A program made the position numbers and the translations under genes. A stretch of DNA of 64,000 nt from Phaeosaccion multiseriatum. Its lineage: Eukaryota > Protista > Ochrophyta, other classes. Every line of letters starts with the position of its first letter. Position 1 is the first letter of the stretch. The stretch spans positions 1,240,001-1,304,000 of the forward strand of contig OZ218965.1 of the NCBI GenBank assembly GCA_965112735.1. Direction: 5' to 3'. Positions 1-25,275 of the stretch are shown piece after piece. A model generated the notes under the pieces. The model searched no databases, was not told where the DNA came from, and worked only from the letters and a program-made list of their open reading frames with translations.

Positions 1-3646
<3,646 letters not shown>

Positions 3647-4154
3647 GCTCAGCAGCGACGGTGGAAGGGGAAGGGAAGGGGGCTCTCTTGACATACTTTG
3701 AAGCTAGCCGCGCACACGAGCACACACAGAGGGAGGGGAGGCTTATTGACATAATACAATCTATGCGGTGCATTGGCAGGGCCGTCGCACGGTTCCGGGG
3801 CTGGTTCATGAAACGTGGCCACCACCCGCACAGTGTGGGGGGGGTGGTGGTTACAAAAGATTCAAGTGTAAAAACTTGTGCGGTAGCTTACACCGATTGA
3901 TGACATCATTTTAACGCAGCGCAGTGAAGCACGAAACTCCGAAGCACCAACTTGCTCCCCCCCCTCCTCGGCCGACCCTCCCGAACTGAAACGCAAACAC
4001 AGAAACGATGTTGTTTCTCCTCACGAGGTGAGGAGGCGCTGAAAACGTTCCCAATCTTTTTCGTCTACCTTCCATCCCTTCTTTTCTATAATCATTTTCT
4101 ACTAGTACGATAGCTCTACGCACGGCCTCAAGGCGGACGTCGAAAAGGAAAGAA

Positions 4155-5110
4155 ATGCAGACTGGAGTGAAGGAGTTGGGGAAAGGGCTGAATGCAATCA
4201 GGAAGGTGGCAGCTCAAGGACAAGCAGCATTGGAGGCCGTGAGGGAGACTCGAGCAAGGCAGCAGGAGGAGGAGAAGACTCGGCAAGGCGGGATGGACAA
4301 CCAACCCCCCCCCCCGGTGATGGCAACAGCTGTGGTTGTCGCACAGCCCGTGGAGGTGTACGAGGGCGCTAGCGCGCCTCCAATGCGCCAACACGACAGC
4401 AGTGCCAGTAGCCCTCCCCAACCACCACCATCATCGAAGCAGCAGGACCATGATGCAGCCCCCCTTCCACTCGCACAGCGACAGCAACAGCAGCAGCAGC
4501 AGCACGAGCAGCAGCAGCGGCAGCAGCTGGAGGAGCAAGCGCAGTACACGGGCTCGGCGCTGGATGCCCTCGACAATGCAAGAGTGGTGCAGGTGGGGTT
4601 GGGGTTGGCCTACAGAGTTGTGTTGTGTGCGTGGGTGTGTGACGGTGCCGTTTAACCCTGCTTGCCGTTCTCCTCTCCCTCCGTCCTGGTACCTGCCTGG
4701 CTCAGGTGGGGCTGCGACCCGACATGAAGAACAAGCTTCACTCACGAAAGTCCGTGGTCTTCACGTGCCCGTTTTGTGCGCTTCAGGCTCGCACACAGAT
4801 ACAGTAAGTGAGGGAGGATGGAGGGAAGGGGACTGCGGAAGGCTTCGCAGAGCATTTGTAGCGTTGTTGTAGACTCGGCGAGCTCTCCCTTCTCCGCTGA
4901 TAATCGGAAGGAGAGAGAGAAGAGAGGCTGAGGGAGGGAGGGAGGGAGGGAGAGAGAGAGGAAGAGAGAGAGGGGAAGACAGGGAGAGGGAGGCGATCGT
5001 TCAATCGGTCTTTACTTGGAAGTGTCCTCCCTGCACTCACGAGCGAAGCGGTGCCCAGCGGTGCGGTGGCGAGTGGGGCTGTACTTCCACTGCGTCCTTC
5101 CAGCAGGACA

Positions 5111-5168
<58 letters not shown>

Positions 5169-5569
5169 GTATCACCATCTGCCCCGTTTCCTCTCCTCTG
5201 ATCTCTTGCCTCTATCGCTGTCTTGTCTTTACCTGTCCCAGTCTCAAGACTGGCTGCTGTGGAGGATGCTGTCACTTCTGCTCCTTCTGGGTCTACTGCA
5301 TGTGCTTCTTCCCCTGGCTCTCCGTGGGTCTTTCTCGCTGGAGCGAGAGCAGGGACATTCGCCACTCCTGTCCTTCCTGCAAGCGCTATGTAGGGGTTAG
5401 CAAGGGGAGCAAGCTAAGATTGCGCTGCTGCTGGGGCGACAAGGCCAAGAGAAGGAGACAGTTGGTGGATGAGTACGGAGCGTGTTGTTGCTGCTGCGGA
5501 ATTGAGCCTCGCCAGGAGCCCGGTTCGGATGGTCGGCCTGACCTAGAAATGGGGCAGCAACGGCGGTAG
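4155..5569 (+). CDS. LITAF-domain zinc-ribbon membrane protein
   Basis: Exons 4155-4592, 4706-4803 and 5242-5569 splice in frame to ...SVVFTCPFCALQARTQIHLKTG-CCGGCCHFCSFWVYCMCFFPW...DIRHSCPSCKRYVG. This is CxxC, a hydrophobic segment and HxCPxC (the LITAF signature), after a Pro/Gln-rich N-terminus. Confidence 0.88.
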
Positions 5570-6177
5570 TTGAGGAGGAGCAAGAGTAGGGGAATAGGAG
5601 GGGGGGGGCTAAGAGGAAGAGCAAGGGTATGAGGAGCGGAGCGGGATGCTTGCACCGGGGGCAGAATGGAGGGTAGTGACGATGTGGTAAGAGTGGTACT
5701 GCTGGCGGTGGTTAGTGAGGATAGGGGCAGCGGACAGGTCAAGAGCCACCGCTTCCCCTCTCTCGCTCACAAAGCGAGTGTTGTGTTATTCGTGGAGGTG
5801 GAGGTTCAGCTCCGGCATGGGACGATGGGCAGCTACGCATAGCTTGTGCTGGGCTGTGCTGTGCCAGCCCTGTACATGAGGCAAGAAGAGGGAGGGGGGA
5901 GGTGACGGAGCGAGAGGGGAGGGGGGCGACAGATCGAGAGGGGAGGTGTGATGGTCTTGTACGCAAGGATCACAAGAGGGAAAGAGGGAAAGGACGCGCT
6001 CGTGGTCGTCCCGTGGCCCCCTTGGGCGAATTCATTGATGGAATGTATGTACTTTACTACAACGAAGTACTAGTACTACTCTTTTTTTAGTTGTTAGTCC
6101 TTGTCGTCCTCCTGGGGGGGACGTCGCTCCTGCGCTCACCGTGCAAGGGCAAGCACAGTGGGGCAGTCTGGAGACTA

Positions 6178-6275
6178 TCGACCCCTGACGCACTATCCGC
6201 TATCCGCTATCGCCGGCGCCAGCCGATAGTATCGCGCACTATCGAGAATGTGGGCGATAGTGCGTCAGGGGTCGA
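6178..6275. mobile_element. 98-bp MITE-like element / perfect 20-bp terminal inverted repeat
   Basis: TCGACCCCTGACGCACTATC (6178-6197) is the exact reverse complement of GATAGTGCGTCAGGGGTCGA (6256-6275). The interior has repeated CTATC/GATAG words. Intergenic; no clear TSD. Confidence 0.5.
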
Positions 6276-6676
6276 CAGAGACTTAAGGTGCGTAGAAGAT
6301 TGGAGAGAAAGGGGGTTTGACGGGTTGTGGATCGGTTGGATGTCTCGGTTGTGATCGATTGTGATTTCCGTAAGTCAATAATTTTGGTTCCCGGCCCAGC
6401 CTCCCTGCCCTCTCTCCTCAAAATTGTTACAACGCGGGTGGCTCCGCGGCGGCTCCCACCTCGTACGCAGGCCGCAGAGACGCGTCGGTCAATCCATTAG
6501 CAGGGGAAGACATGAGGACCACCAGCCGAATGTGCGTGTGTCTTTTGTAGGCCTAAGTAGCGGTTCGAGGCACTGACTTTAAAAGCGGGAAAGAGAGTCC
6601 CCACCGTCAATGCAAACTTCGGCCAGCATAAGATCGTGACGCCGGGAGGAGGGGGAGTGGAGAAGAGGAGCAAAGC

Positions 6677-7526
6677 ATGGTTCGATACGGTGCCGACAGT
6701 GACGAAGATGAATTTGACTGGGGGTCGGGAGGGGGCGGCAGCAACAAGCCCGACAAAAAGAAGAGAAAAATTACGCCTCGAAAAAAGCAGCAGCAGCAGA
6801 GCCAAGAGGAAGAGGAGGAGGAGAAGGAGAAGGATCAGGAGCTGCGACAGTGGACGTGCTCCTCCTGCACCTTCCTCAACGACGACGCCCTCCAGCAGTG
6901 CGAGATTTGCGATGTGGAGAGAGGCGGGGTCATAGCGGTAGGGGCGACAACAGTGGGCCGGAGAGGGTCCGTGGAGGTGGTGGGAGACTCGGACAATGAC
7001 TTGGACGACTTGATGGGGCTGCAGGATGGACCCACGCGCTCCAGCGGCAAGAAAAAGAGGAAACGAGGAAGCGACACGGACAACGCACAAACAGGTTAGG
7101 AAGGAAGGAGTGTAGGGCTGGGAACCGAGGAAAGGAAGGACCTGTTTTTTTTTCATAGTAAGTGTATCGAGAAATGTGTGCTAGGGTAGGGCTGCACGAA
7201 GGATAGGAAAGGTGTCTGTCTTTCTTAGGAGCCTCTCTCTCACTCTCTGCAAGCAAACAGGCTTGCAAATGGGTGGGAGGGGGGAGGGAAAGGATGGCTC
7301 TGTCAGTCGGTCTTGGCGGCTGTCTTGTTGCGACAAGCTCATCACTGGCCACTGGCCGCATGTTCCCCCACCTTATCGCCGGCTTTGTCCTTACTCCATA
7401 TATTGCCATCCATGGCCTCCTCTCCCCCACCTTATGGCCGGCTTTATCCTTACTCCATCTACTGCCATCAATGGCCTCCTCTTGATGCTTGTTGCCTTGC
7501 CTTCGCCCCACTGTGTGCAACTGCGT

Positions 7527-7602
<76 letters not shown>

Positions 7603-8771
7603 TGTGCACAACAGGGAGCAGCAATGGTTACTTTAGCTCCAACGGCGACGTGGAGGACACGAGCTCCGCCCACAAAGCTGCGAGAAGGGGACCCAAACAG
7701 ACCCACCTCGAGGATGATGACGAGGGGGACGGGGAGGAGGGGGACTCCGATTTGGGGTGGGACGTAGAGGGACTCTTCAACGGGGGATTGTATCTCAATG
7801 TTGACGAGGAGGCGGAGGACCCGCCCCTGATCAAGCGAGGAAGGAGGAGAAGGGGGGGGGTGGATGGTGATACAGCGGCGGGAGGAGGAGGAGGAGGAGG
7901 AGGAGGAGGAGGAGGAGGAGGAGGAGGAGGAGGAGGAGGTGGGGTAGGTGGGAGGGGAGGAGGACAGGGGGAGGAGGGAGGGAAGCATGCTGACGGGAAG
8001 GAGGGGAAGGAGGGGGAGAAGGCGAAGTCTTGCGGGAGGGAGGGGAAGGAAAGGGGGGACAAAGTGAGGAGCGATGGGGGAGGGCAAGCATCCCTCGCTC
8101 GGATCAAGGCAGCAGCAGCGGCGGAGGCAAGAAGAGCAGCTGCGACATGGGCGGCCGACGGAGGGGGGATGGCAGTGGATGGGGGTGGCCCAAGTGGTGA
8201 GGGAGGGGGCGACGCTAGAGGCACGAACGGGGGGGGGCGGCTAGCGAGAGAGGGGTCAGGTGGTGACAAGGAAGGCAAGGGGCGGCAGGGGTGCAGTCAA
8301 GGCGGGGAAGTCGTCAAGAAGCCAAAAAGTGCCCTCAAGCTCAAACTCCAACTCAAGAAATCTGCAGCAGTAGGCGGTGGCACAGCGGCAGCAGCAGCAG
8401 CACCAGCAGCACCAGCAGCAGGTGGTGGTGAGGCAGCAACAGCCGGAGCAGGTGGTGATGCAGCCGCAGGGCCTCCGAGCAACGAGGAGACACTTGACGT
8501 TGACGTGCGCGACGTGGGCAGTGTGGACAGTGTCGACTCTGGCACTCCGAGTGGCAAGGCCAAGAGGAGGGGCAAAGATAAAGGCACGACCCTCTCCACC
8601 TCCCCCGGGGGCGGCAGCACGGACAGCACACCGGGCAGCAAGAGGGAGAAGATTGGGGCCGTGAGGGCCTCTCCTTCCACCCCGGGGACGGCGTCCACCC
8701 TCGGGCTTTCTCCGTCTCCAGGGGGGAAGGAGTCGCCTTCGGAGTCTTCGCGTCCCTCTCCAGGTGGGCAT

Positions 8772-8804
<33 letters not shown>

Positions 8805-9098
8805 GAGGAGGAAGAGGGCTCGGCTTTGAAGGGAGGGCTGGGGGGAAAGGGGGGAAAGGGGGAGCACAAGGAGGACGAACACGAGGAGGAGGAGGATGAG
8901 AAGGAGGAGGAGGAGGAGGAGGAGGAGGAGGAGGAGGAGGAGGAGGAGGAGGAGGAGGAGGAGGAGGAGGAGGAGGAGGAGGAGGAGGGGGAGGAGGGGG
9001 GGGAGGAGGAGGGGGAGGAGGAGGAAACGGACGACGAAGAGACACAGCTGGAGCCAGAGCGGGGGGGGGAAGACCCGCCATCTAACGATGGAGAAGGA

Positions 9099-9132
<34 letters not shown>

Positions 9133-12100
9133 GAGGAGGAGGAGGAGGAGGAGGAGGAGGAGGAGGAGCCGACAGGGGAAGGGGTAAGAGAGAGGGTGGG
9201 AGGGGGTCAGGGGCAGCCGCAGGGACGCAGGCAAGCGGAGGCGGTGGTGACGGGAGGGCGGGGGGGGGGGGCGGCTCCCAAGGTGTGCAACAGGGAGAGG
9301 GCTCGTGCGTCATCGCTGCTACAACCGTTGGTGGTACGCTTGATGGTACGCGACTGGCGACGGCGGAGGGGGAGAGAGAGAAAGAGGCCGACGCTGGTGA
9401 TGATGGTGCTGACGGTGCTCATGAGGGTGATGATGATATTGATGAACAAGCAGGGGCAGGGGTAGAGGCAGAGGCAGAGGCAGACGTAGGGGAAGGGGCG
9501 GTCGGCGAAGTGGTTGCAGCAGCAGTATCAGCAATTGGTGATTCAGCAGCCGATGCTCGTGTTCAGGCAAGGAAGCGGTTCGTGCTATCACAAGGCTCGG
9601 ACGATGACGACGACGACGATGATGATGATGATGAGGAGGAGGAGGAGGAGGAGGAGGAGGACGAGGAGGAGCAAGTGGAGGGGCAGGAGCAACAGGAGCA
9701 GGAGGGACGGGGTGGGGAGGAGGAGCAGGAGGAGGAAGATGACAAGGGGGCGGCGGAGGCCGGCGGTGGTGGTGCCTCGAGTACAGGGCAGGGACGGGGG
9801 CTTAGCAGAGGGGGTGGAGAACGAGCAGCAGCAGCAGCTGGAGAAGGAAAAGGAACAGTTGGTGATACAGCAGGGGCCAAGGGAGCGAGGGCGATGGTGG
9901 TAGCGGACCTACAGGCTAAAGTCAGTGAACCTGGACGTGCCTCTGTCGTCGGTTCTGAAGTCAGTGAAGCTGTGGGGTCGGTGACGATTCCCTTCGCAGA
10001 CAATGGTGCGCAGAAGACGCGGGTGCCCGAGGAGGAAGAGGAGGAGGAGGAGGAGGAGGAGGAGGAGGAGATGGATGTACATGAGGAGGACAGGGGGGAG
10101 GAGGAGGACGAGCAAAGCAGCGGAAGAGGTGGAGGGGCGAGGCGAGAGGAGGGACGAGTGGAGGAATTGCCCGATGCGGACGCTGCTGTTGCTGTTGGTG
10201 CTGCGGAGGACAAGCAGGCATATGGGCAGCGGGTGCTCGGGGGGTATGCTCCGCAAAGTTCACAGGTTGGCGACCGCGACACAGTCGACGACCAATTGGC
10301 GCCCCGCCCGCCTGCCTCCTCCCCCCCCGGGGGGGCTGTGAACAAGGGCAGGAAGCGGCCACGGCAGACCAGTCAGGGGGAGGAGCAGCAGACGAAGGGC
10401 AGCAGTTGGTCATACGGCAGCAGTCCTGACACCAGTAGCAGTAGAGTCGCAGATGGCAGCGGTAGGAGGAGGAGGAGCAGTCCTGACACCAGTAGCAGCA
10501 GTAGCAGGAGGACGAAGAGGGGCGTGTTAGAGGCATACGAGTGGGAATGTAAGCACTGCACCTTCAAGAACCAGGCCGAGCACCTCATGTGTGACGTGTG
10601 CATGCATGAGCGGGCAGAGGCAGCAGTTGGTCATACAGATACAGAAGACACAGACACCAAGAGGGCAGAGCGGGAGAGCCGGAGGAACGGCAGGGAACCC
10701 CCAATCTACAGGGAAGAGGGCTCAGACGAGGAGGGAGAGGGGGTGGAGGAGGTGGAGCGGGGAGGAGAGAGAGGAAGGAGAGAGGAGGAGAGGAGTGGCC
10801 TTAGCGACAGTGAGGAGGAGGAGGAGGAGGAGGAAAGTAGTAGCGCACGTCCGGCCACGACCAAAGCCAACGCCAACCCTAAGAGGCGGCTTAGGAAGAC
10901 CAGCGAGACAGCGGCCGGCGGTGGGGATGAGGGAAAGAGCAAGGGCAAGAGCAAGGGCAAATTCAAGGGCAGGGGCAAAGGGATAGGCACGGGAAAGGCA
11001 GACGGGGATGAGATTGAAGTGGGAAGCAACAGTAGCAGCGATGAGGGTGGGGGATGGGGTGGCAGCGAGAAGGACGACGCCTCTGACGATGTCTCTGAGA
11101 ACGGCTTTGAAGAGTTGGACTTCGGCCAAGCCTCAAAGCCCAAGGGCAAGGGCAAGGGAACGAGCGGTGGTGCCGCCCATGCCTCCTCGTCCAGGTGAGG
11201 GGGTGAGAGGGTGAGCCATCCATCTGCTGCCATCCATCCACTACCATCCAACCCTATCTATCCCTTTCATCCCTCTCTCTCTCTCTCTCTCTTACGCACG
11301 CTGACGCTCGCTCTCGCCTCTGCTCTCGCGCTTGCTCTCCGTTGTTGTGACGCGTGGCTCACCCCACCTCACTCTCCCCTCCTCCCCGCAGCGCGAGAAA
11401 GAAGGCCCGCCTCTGGAATGGAAGCGACGTCGATGGAGACAGCAATGGGGGCAGCGATGACCATGATGATGATGATTCCGACTGCGTGGAGGTGGTGGTG
11501 AATCTGAGCAAGAGCAATGGTAGCAGCAGTGCCAGTGCCAGTGCCAGCGGCAGCAGGGGCAGGCTCAGGGTCGGTCAGGGTCGGGAGCAGGGCCAAGACC
11601 AAGGCCAAGGCCATGCGCGAAGGGTGGGGGTCTCTAGACGTGAGGTACGTTGTCATTTGTGATGCTCTGCCGCCCGCCTTCGGAAGTGCGCCCTCCCAAC
11701 CTTGTTGACTTACTGCTTGACGGCTTGACGGCTCCGCTGCTTCCCTCTCCGCCCATCCACTGCCATCCCCCTGCCATCCAATCCATCCCCAGTGGGACGA
11801 CATCGAAGAGGAGGATTCTTCCGACGACGGCGGTTACAACACAGGGCCTGATCTCAGAGTCTTTCCCTTCTTCGACTCCGCTCAGGAGCTGCAGGTGGGT
11901 GGGTCATGAGTTGCAGTTTGAGTTTAGTAGACCTTTGGGATTAGTTTCAGTTGCGGTTCAGTAGACCCAGGGGTCCAAGGCTCGCGAGTAGTGAGCTCCT
12001 TCGGCGTCACACTGTGGCTGCTGGGTCTTTCTGTTTCTCTTACCCCACTCCCTCCTCCCCCCCCCCTCCACACACACACGCACACACATACATGCACACA

Positions 12101-12717
12101 CGTACACACCATATACACATACACACACGCACACACACGCACACACACGCACACACACACACGCACACACACACACACACGCACACACACGCACACGCAC
12201 ACACACACATACGCACACACATACACAGCGCTCTGCGAAGAAGGGGTGCGCAGTGAACTTCTCTGGAATGGTGTGCCAGAAGGGCTCAGCGACGAGGGCA
12301 GAGGGCGGGACGTACCAGTGTCAGAAGGTGAGAAGAGAGGAGAGAGGAGAGAGGAGGGGTGGGGACAGAACGAGCAGGGGTGAGGAGGTGTGAGGAGAGA
12401 GGAGGACAGAGACAGGAGAAAGGAGAGAGATGAGAGAAAGGAATGGAGGCAATGGAGGCCCTCCTTCTCTTAGAGAGAAGTGAGAGGGAAGGGCGGGGGG
12501 GGGGGGTGGCAAGGGAGACGTCCGTTTCCGTTCCCTCCTGTCGCTCACCTTTGTTTCAACTGACCTGACCCTTTCTTGCTCAGCACCTCTGAGCCTCTGA
12601 GCTTGGGGGAAAAGGCTCGGCCGCTGAATGGAAACGAAAAAGCGGCCTCCAATTGCTCCTCACTCTCCTCTCTCTCTCTCTCTCTCTTCCCTCTCTCTCT
12701 CGCTCTCTCTCCCTCTC

Positions 12718-12763
<46 letters not shown>

Positions 12764-13785
12764 CTCTCTCTCTCGATTCTCTCTGCCTCGCCCTCGCACG
12801 CTGTTTCTGTGTCTTCTTGCTTTCTCTGCCTCCGTACCTCTCGCCTTCTCTCGCTCTCACGCTCTCCGTCCCTCCCCCCCCCCCCCCGCTCTCTTTCCAT
12901 CTCTCTCTACCCGCAGGCTACCAAAGCTTCTCGCGGCAAGAAGGGCCGGAAAGGCAAGACCAAGGCCAAGGGTAAAGGCGCCGCTGCTGCTGCAGGAACA
13001 GGCCCATCAAACGGAGGTCCGCGCAGAGAGCTCGAGTTTGAGTTTGAGTAGTTTGAGTTTCAGGGGGTAAAGGAATCACCTAAGGGACTGAAAGTGTCGA
13101 GTTTGAGGGGGGGGGGGGACTTACAGGTTGTCGACGTTGCGTGTATAGCGTATGAGAATCGTATACCCCCCTGCTGCCTTCTCTCCTCCTCTCCTCTTAC
13201 CTCATCTCTCCTCTTCTATCCCCTCCACTGCCCATCCCCCCCAGCTGGGAAGCAAACGACGATGCCGAGGGCCTTCACCAATCAGCGCTGGGACCAGACG
13301 TCGGGCGAAAGGGGCAGAGGCGGTGCAGCGAGAGGAGCGGGTGAGCCAGGCAGAGAGAGAGGGAGGGAGGTGGAGAGATGGCGGGTAGAGAGTGGGAAGA
13401 GGGAGAGAGGGGAACCGAAGAGAGGCAAAGAGAGGCAGAGAGAGAGAGAGACAAAGAGAGTATCATAAGAGAGAGAGAGAGAGAGGTGGAGAGAGAGAGA
13501 GACGAAGAGAGAGACGGAGAGAGAGAAAACACACACCGAAGAGAGGTTTAGAGAGAGAGAGACGGAGAGAGGGACGGAGGGAGGTTGGCAACACCATTGG
13601 CAGAGTTGTGCTCCTCTCATGATGTTTCACTGCCCTTCTGCCCTCCCCTCTCCTCCAACCTCTGCCTCTGTTCAGGCATCAACGCCTCTCACTTTCACAA
13701 CGACGACTTCATGGACACCTTCTACGATGAGCCCGGGATGGGGGTGACCATGTGGGAGACCCCAGGGGGCATGTCCATAGGATGA
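6677..13785 (+). CDS. Large low-complexity (acidic/Gly-rich) protein with two RanBP2/NZF-type zinc fingers and basic NLS-like clusters
   Basis: Exon 6677-7094 contains [21 protein letters not shown]; the large exon ~7614-11194 contains [21 protein letters not shown]. Further small exons at ~11392-11644, 11793-11894, 12229-12327, 12918-13016, 13244-13340 and 13676-13785 (ends ...[10 protein letters not shown]). Confidence 0.75.
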
Positions 13786-14350
13786 CAGAATGGCACACAC
13801 TGTTCCCGAGGTGGGGAAGGGAGAGTGGATTGTTCATTGATAGGATGAGAGCTGCACTTGCTCAGCTCAGATGGCGAGAGAGAGAGAGAGAGAGAGATAG
13901 AGAGGGATAGAGTTGAGAGGAACCAATCAGTCGACAAGAGCAAAGCAATCCAAAGCAATGCAGCGTTGCCATCTGTGGAGTGTACGGTATCGGCATCGGT
14001 GGGTGTGTCGGTTGGTCGGTTGGTCGGTCGGTCTGCCACAGACCCACCAGGGGGAATGAGGGCCAGTGAAGGCCCAGGCTGTGGTGTTCCCTGGCCCCCT
14101 TGCATACCTTGACAGAAGGTCTCCATTCACCCACCCGCATAAGCTCTCCCTCTCTCTCTCTCTTCAAACGCACTCACACAAGCCTTGTCACTTGTGTAGC
14201 CACACCCGGTCCTTCCATCGTCTTCTAAGATTAAGATTACAGAAGGTTACGTATGTCTGTCTTTTTCCCCATCCTATCCTACTTCCTAAGTGGGGCTGCC
14301 CTCCCTCCAAAGTCGAGCTGCTCTACACCCCGTGTCGAGGGGCCCTACCC

Positions 14351-14446
14351 TCACTCCTCTTTTGGCATCCATCCGTTGGCGATCATGCGTTCTCTCTTAA
14401 GGTACTCTTTTCGCGCCTTGGATCTCTCCCCCACCACCTGGGGGGC

Positions 14447-14490
<44 letters not shown>

Positions 14491-16088
14491 GCGCACAACA
14501 GGGGACGAGAGAGAAAAGGGGAGGGGGAGAGAGAGAGGAAGAGGGACATTTAAGGGAAGGGAAGAGACAGGGATGGGCTTTGTGCAGAGGAAAGGGAAGA
14601 AGGTGCTGTGTTGAGAATGAAAACCCCGGTAATACATGGTACTTACAAGTAACATACATAACACTTAGGTAACACGTACGTACCTGTTTGATTGCGCCCA
14701 TACTCCTCCGCACCTTATACTTTCTGATGGGACTGCGCATGGGAATAGAGTGCCTTCTGGCCAGGTGCTGCGTTGTGTACAGCATGTTGCGTTCTTTGTA
14801 CAGTACAAACCTGTGGTGTGTGTGGGGGGGGGGGGGCGGCAGGGGGGGGACGGGGGGAGGGGGAACTCACTCACTCACGAAGGAAGGAACGACCGAAGGA
14901 ATGAAGGAACGAACGCTCTTACTCACTCTCCCACATACTAAATCACGCACGCAGGCACGCACGAACACCCTCATTCACTCACTCGCTCACTCACTCATTT
15001 GAAAGGCACTTATCAAGCGATCTAACAACCGAACCCGGTTCGGTCAATACAACTCGTCCCCTCACTCACTTGCTCACTCCCCCTCGCCCACGCACTCACT
15101 CACCCACGTACTCACTCACTCCCTAGCACTAACACCAGCACCAGTCATTCGATGGGCGTTAGCACACGACCTAACTACCGAGCAAAATACAAGTCACTCA
15201 CTCGCCCACACATTCTCACTCACTCCCTCTCTCCCTTCCTTCCGTCCTTCCTCCCTGTCTGACACTCTTACCACAGCTTGTGTAGATCTGCAAAACTTTT
15301 CTTGCGAAGGTCGGATGCGGTCCAGGCCCTGATGTGGGGATCCGACACACGTACACGCACACGCACACGCAAAAGGGAGGGGAGACAATCAGTGTGCGAA
15401 GGGGAGGGGATGCGGCGCACCGGCGACCCTCTCTCTCCCTCGCGCTGAATGAACACTACACTGCAATGCCTTAACTCCTTCCTCCGTCTCTCTCTTTCCC
15501 TCTCCCCCTTCCTCTCTCTCCCTTCCTCTCTTTCTCTCTCCCCCCCCCCCCTCTGCCTCTTCCTCTCTCGCTCTCTCACTACTCCCATCTCATTGCACTG
15601 CCCTGCGAAAACAACTCTCTCTTCTTCCTGCCGCAGCCACATTACCCTTTCTCTGATATGCCTCTGATATGCCGGGGCCTAACCCCAGGCATTCAAGGGG
15701 CCCTTCACCCCTATTCTTCTCTCCCTTCCCCTCTCTCTCTCTCTCCCTCCCTTCCTCTGTCTCCCACTTTATACTTATGTCCTCTCCTCCCTTCCCCTCA
15801 CCCGTACCTTCCGGTGATAACGTCTTCATCGAACTTGGTGGGCTCTCTGAACTCCTCCAAGCCCCTCCTGGGTAGTGCCGCCTGGCAGGCCAAAGGGCCC
15901 GTCCCGCTGCTCCTCACGCTCCTCCGAAACAAGCCACTCACTGCCGTCGGCGACCCTGACACTGATCTTCTTGAGCCGCCTGCCGCCCCTACTTCTACTC
16001 CCACTGCTGCTTGTACTGCCTTGCCACTCAGAGAGGCGGCTGCATTCACCACCGACAGCCCCGCCCCCTTGCACAACCGCCGGATCAT
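14351..16088 (-). CDS. MRPL47: Mitochondrial ribosomal protein L47 (uL29m)
   Basis: Exons 16088-15808, 15328-15272, 14810-14684 and 14437-14351 join in frame to ...[35 protein letters not shown]...KVRRSMGAIKQVVGER..., the MRP-L47 signature. The N-terminus is Arg/Ser/Ala-rich like a presequence. Confidence 0.93.
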
Positions 16089-16727
16089 GTCAACAGAAGA
16101 GGACACAAGGGTCACTCTCTGATCCCCTCTCTTTACTTTGCTTGAGCTGCTCTGTTCCTCATCTCTCCCTGTTGGTTCGGCTGAAGTTATGTCAACAACA
16201 CAATGCCCCCCTGGAAATCCTCATTACCTTTGTTGAATACAGTTGCTGAAGGACAAGTAGAAAGACAAGCCCCACCTCTTGGCAGCAAAGGAGTGAAGAA
16301 CACAAGGAAGCGCCGCATTTGATACACACCTTCCCCCTGGTCCGGCCGGAGGTGGCGCTTCCACCGCGGTCCGGCTCAATCTGTGACTAGACTTATTCAA
16401 GGGAGGAGTACATAGGAGGGAGAGGAAGTTTGAGAAGAGACAGCTATGAGCAGTTTTGGCTGGGGCCTCCCCTCGGCAGCTATGGAGTAAGGCGGGAGGC
16501 GTTGACCCACCGTTTGGGAGGGACGGGAGGGCAAGACCGAGAGGAGCAGAGAAGGAGTCGGGAGGAAGGGGGGACTTGAAACGTGCACAGGACTTGGCCG
16601 GGTGGAAGCCGAATCGAATAGAGTTGGGGTCGGGGAAGCAGCTCTTGGCAGCTCAAGTACGGGTTGTGGGTGTGGTGGCTGCCTCTTGCCAACTCAAGCT
16701 CTTTGTGGGAGTGACTGAGTGGGCGGC
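16089..16727. promoter_or_regulatory. Probable bidirectional promoter between MRPL47 and SNF1
   Basis: Head-to-head start codons at 16088(-) and 16728(+) are ~640 bp apart. Inferred from gene geometry only. Confidence 0.45.
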
Positions 16728-25275
<8,548 letters not shown>

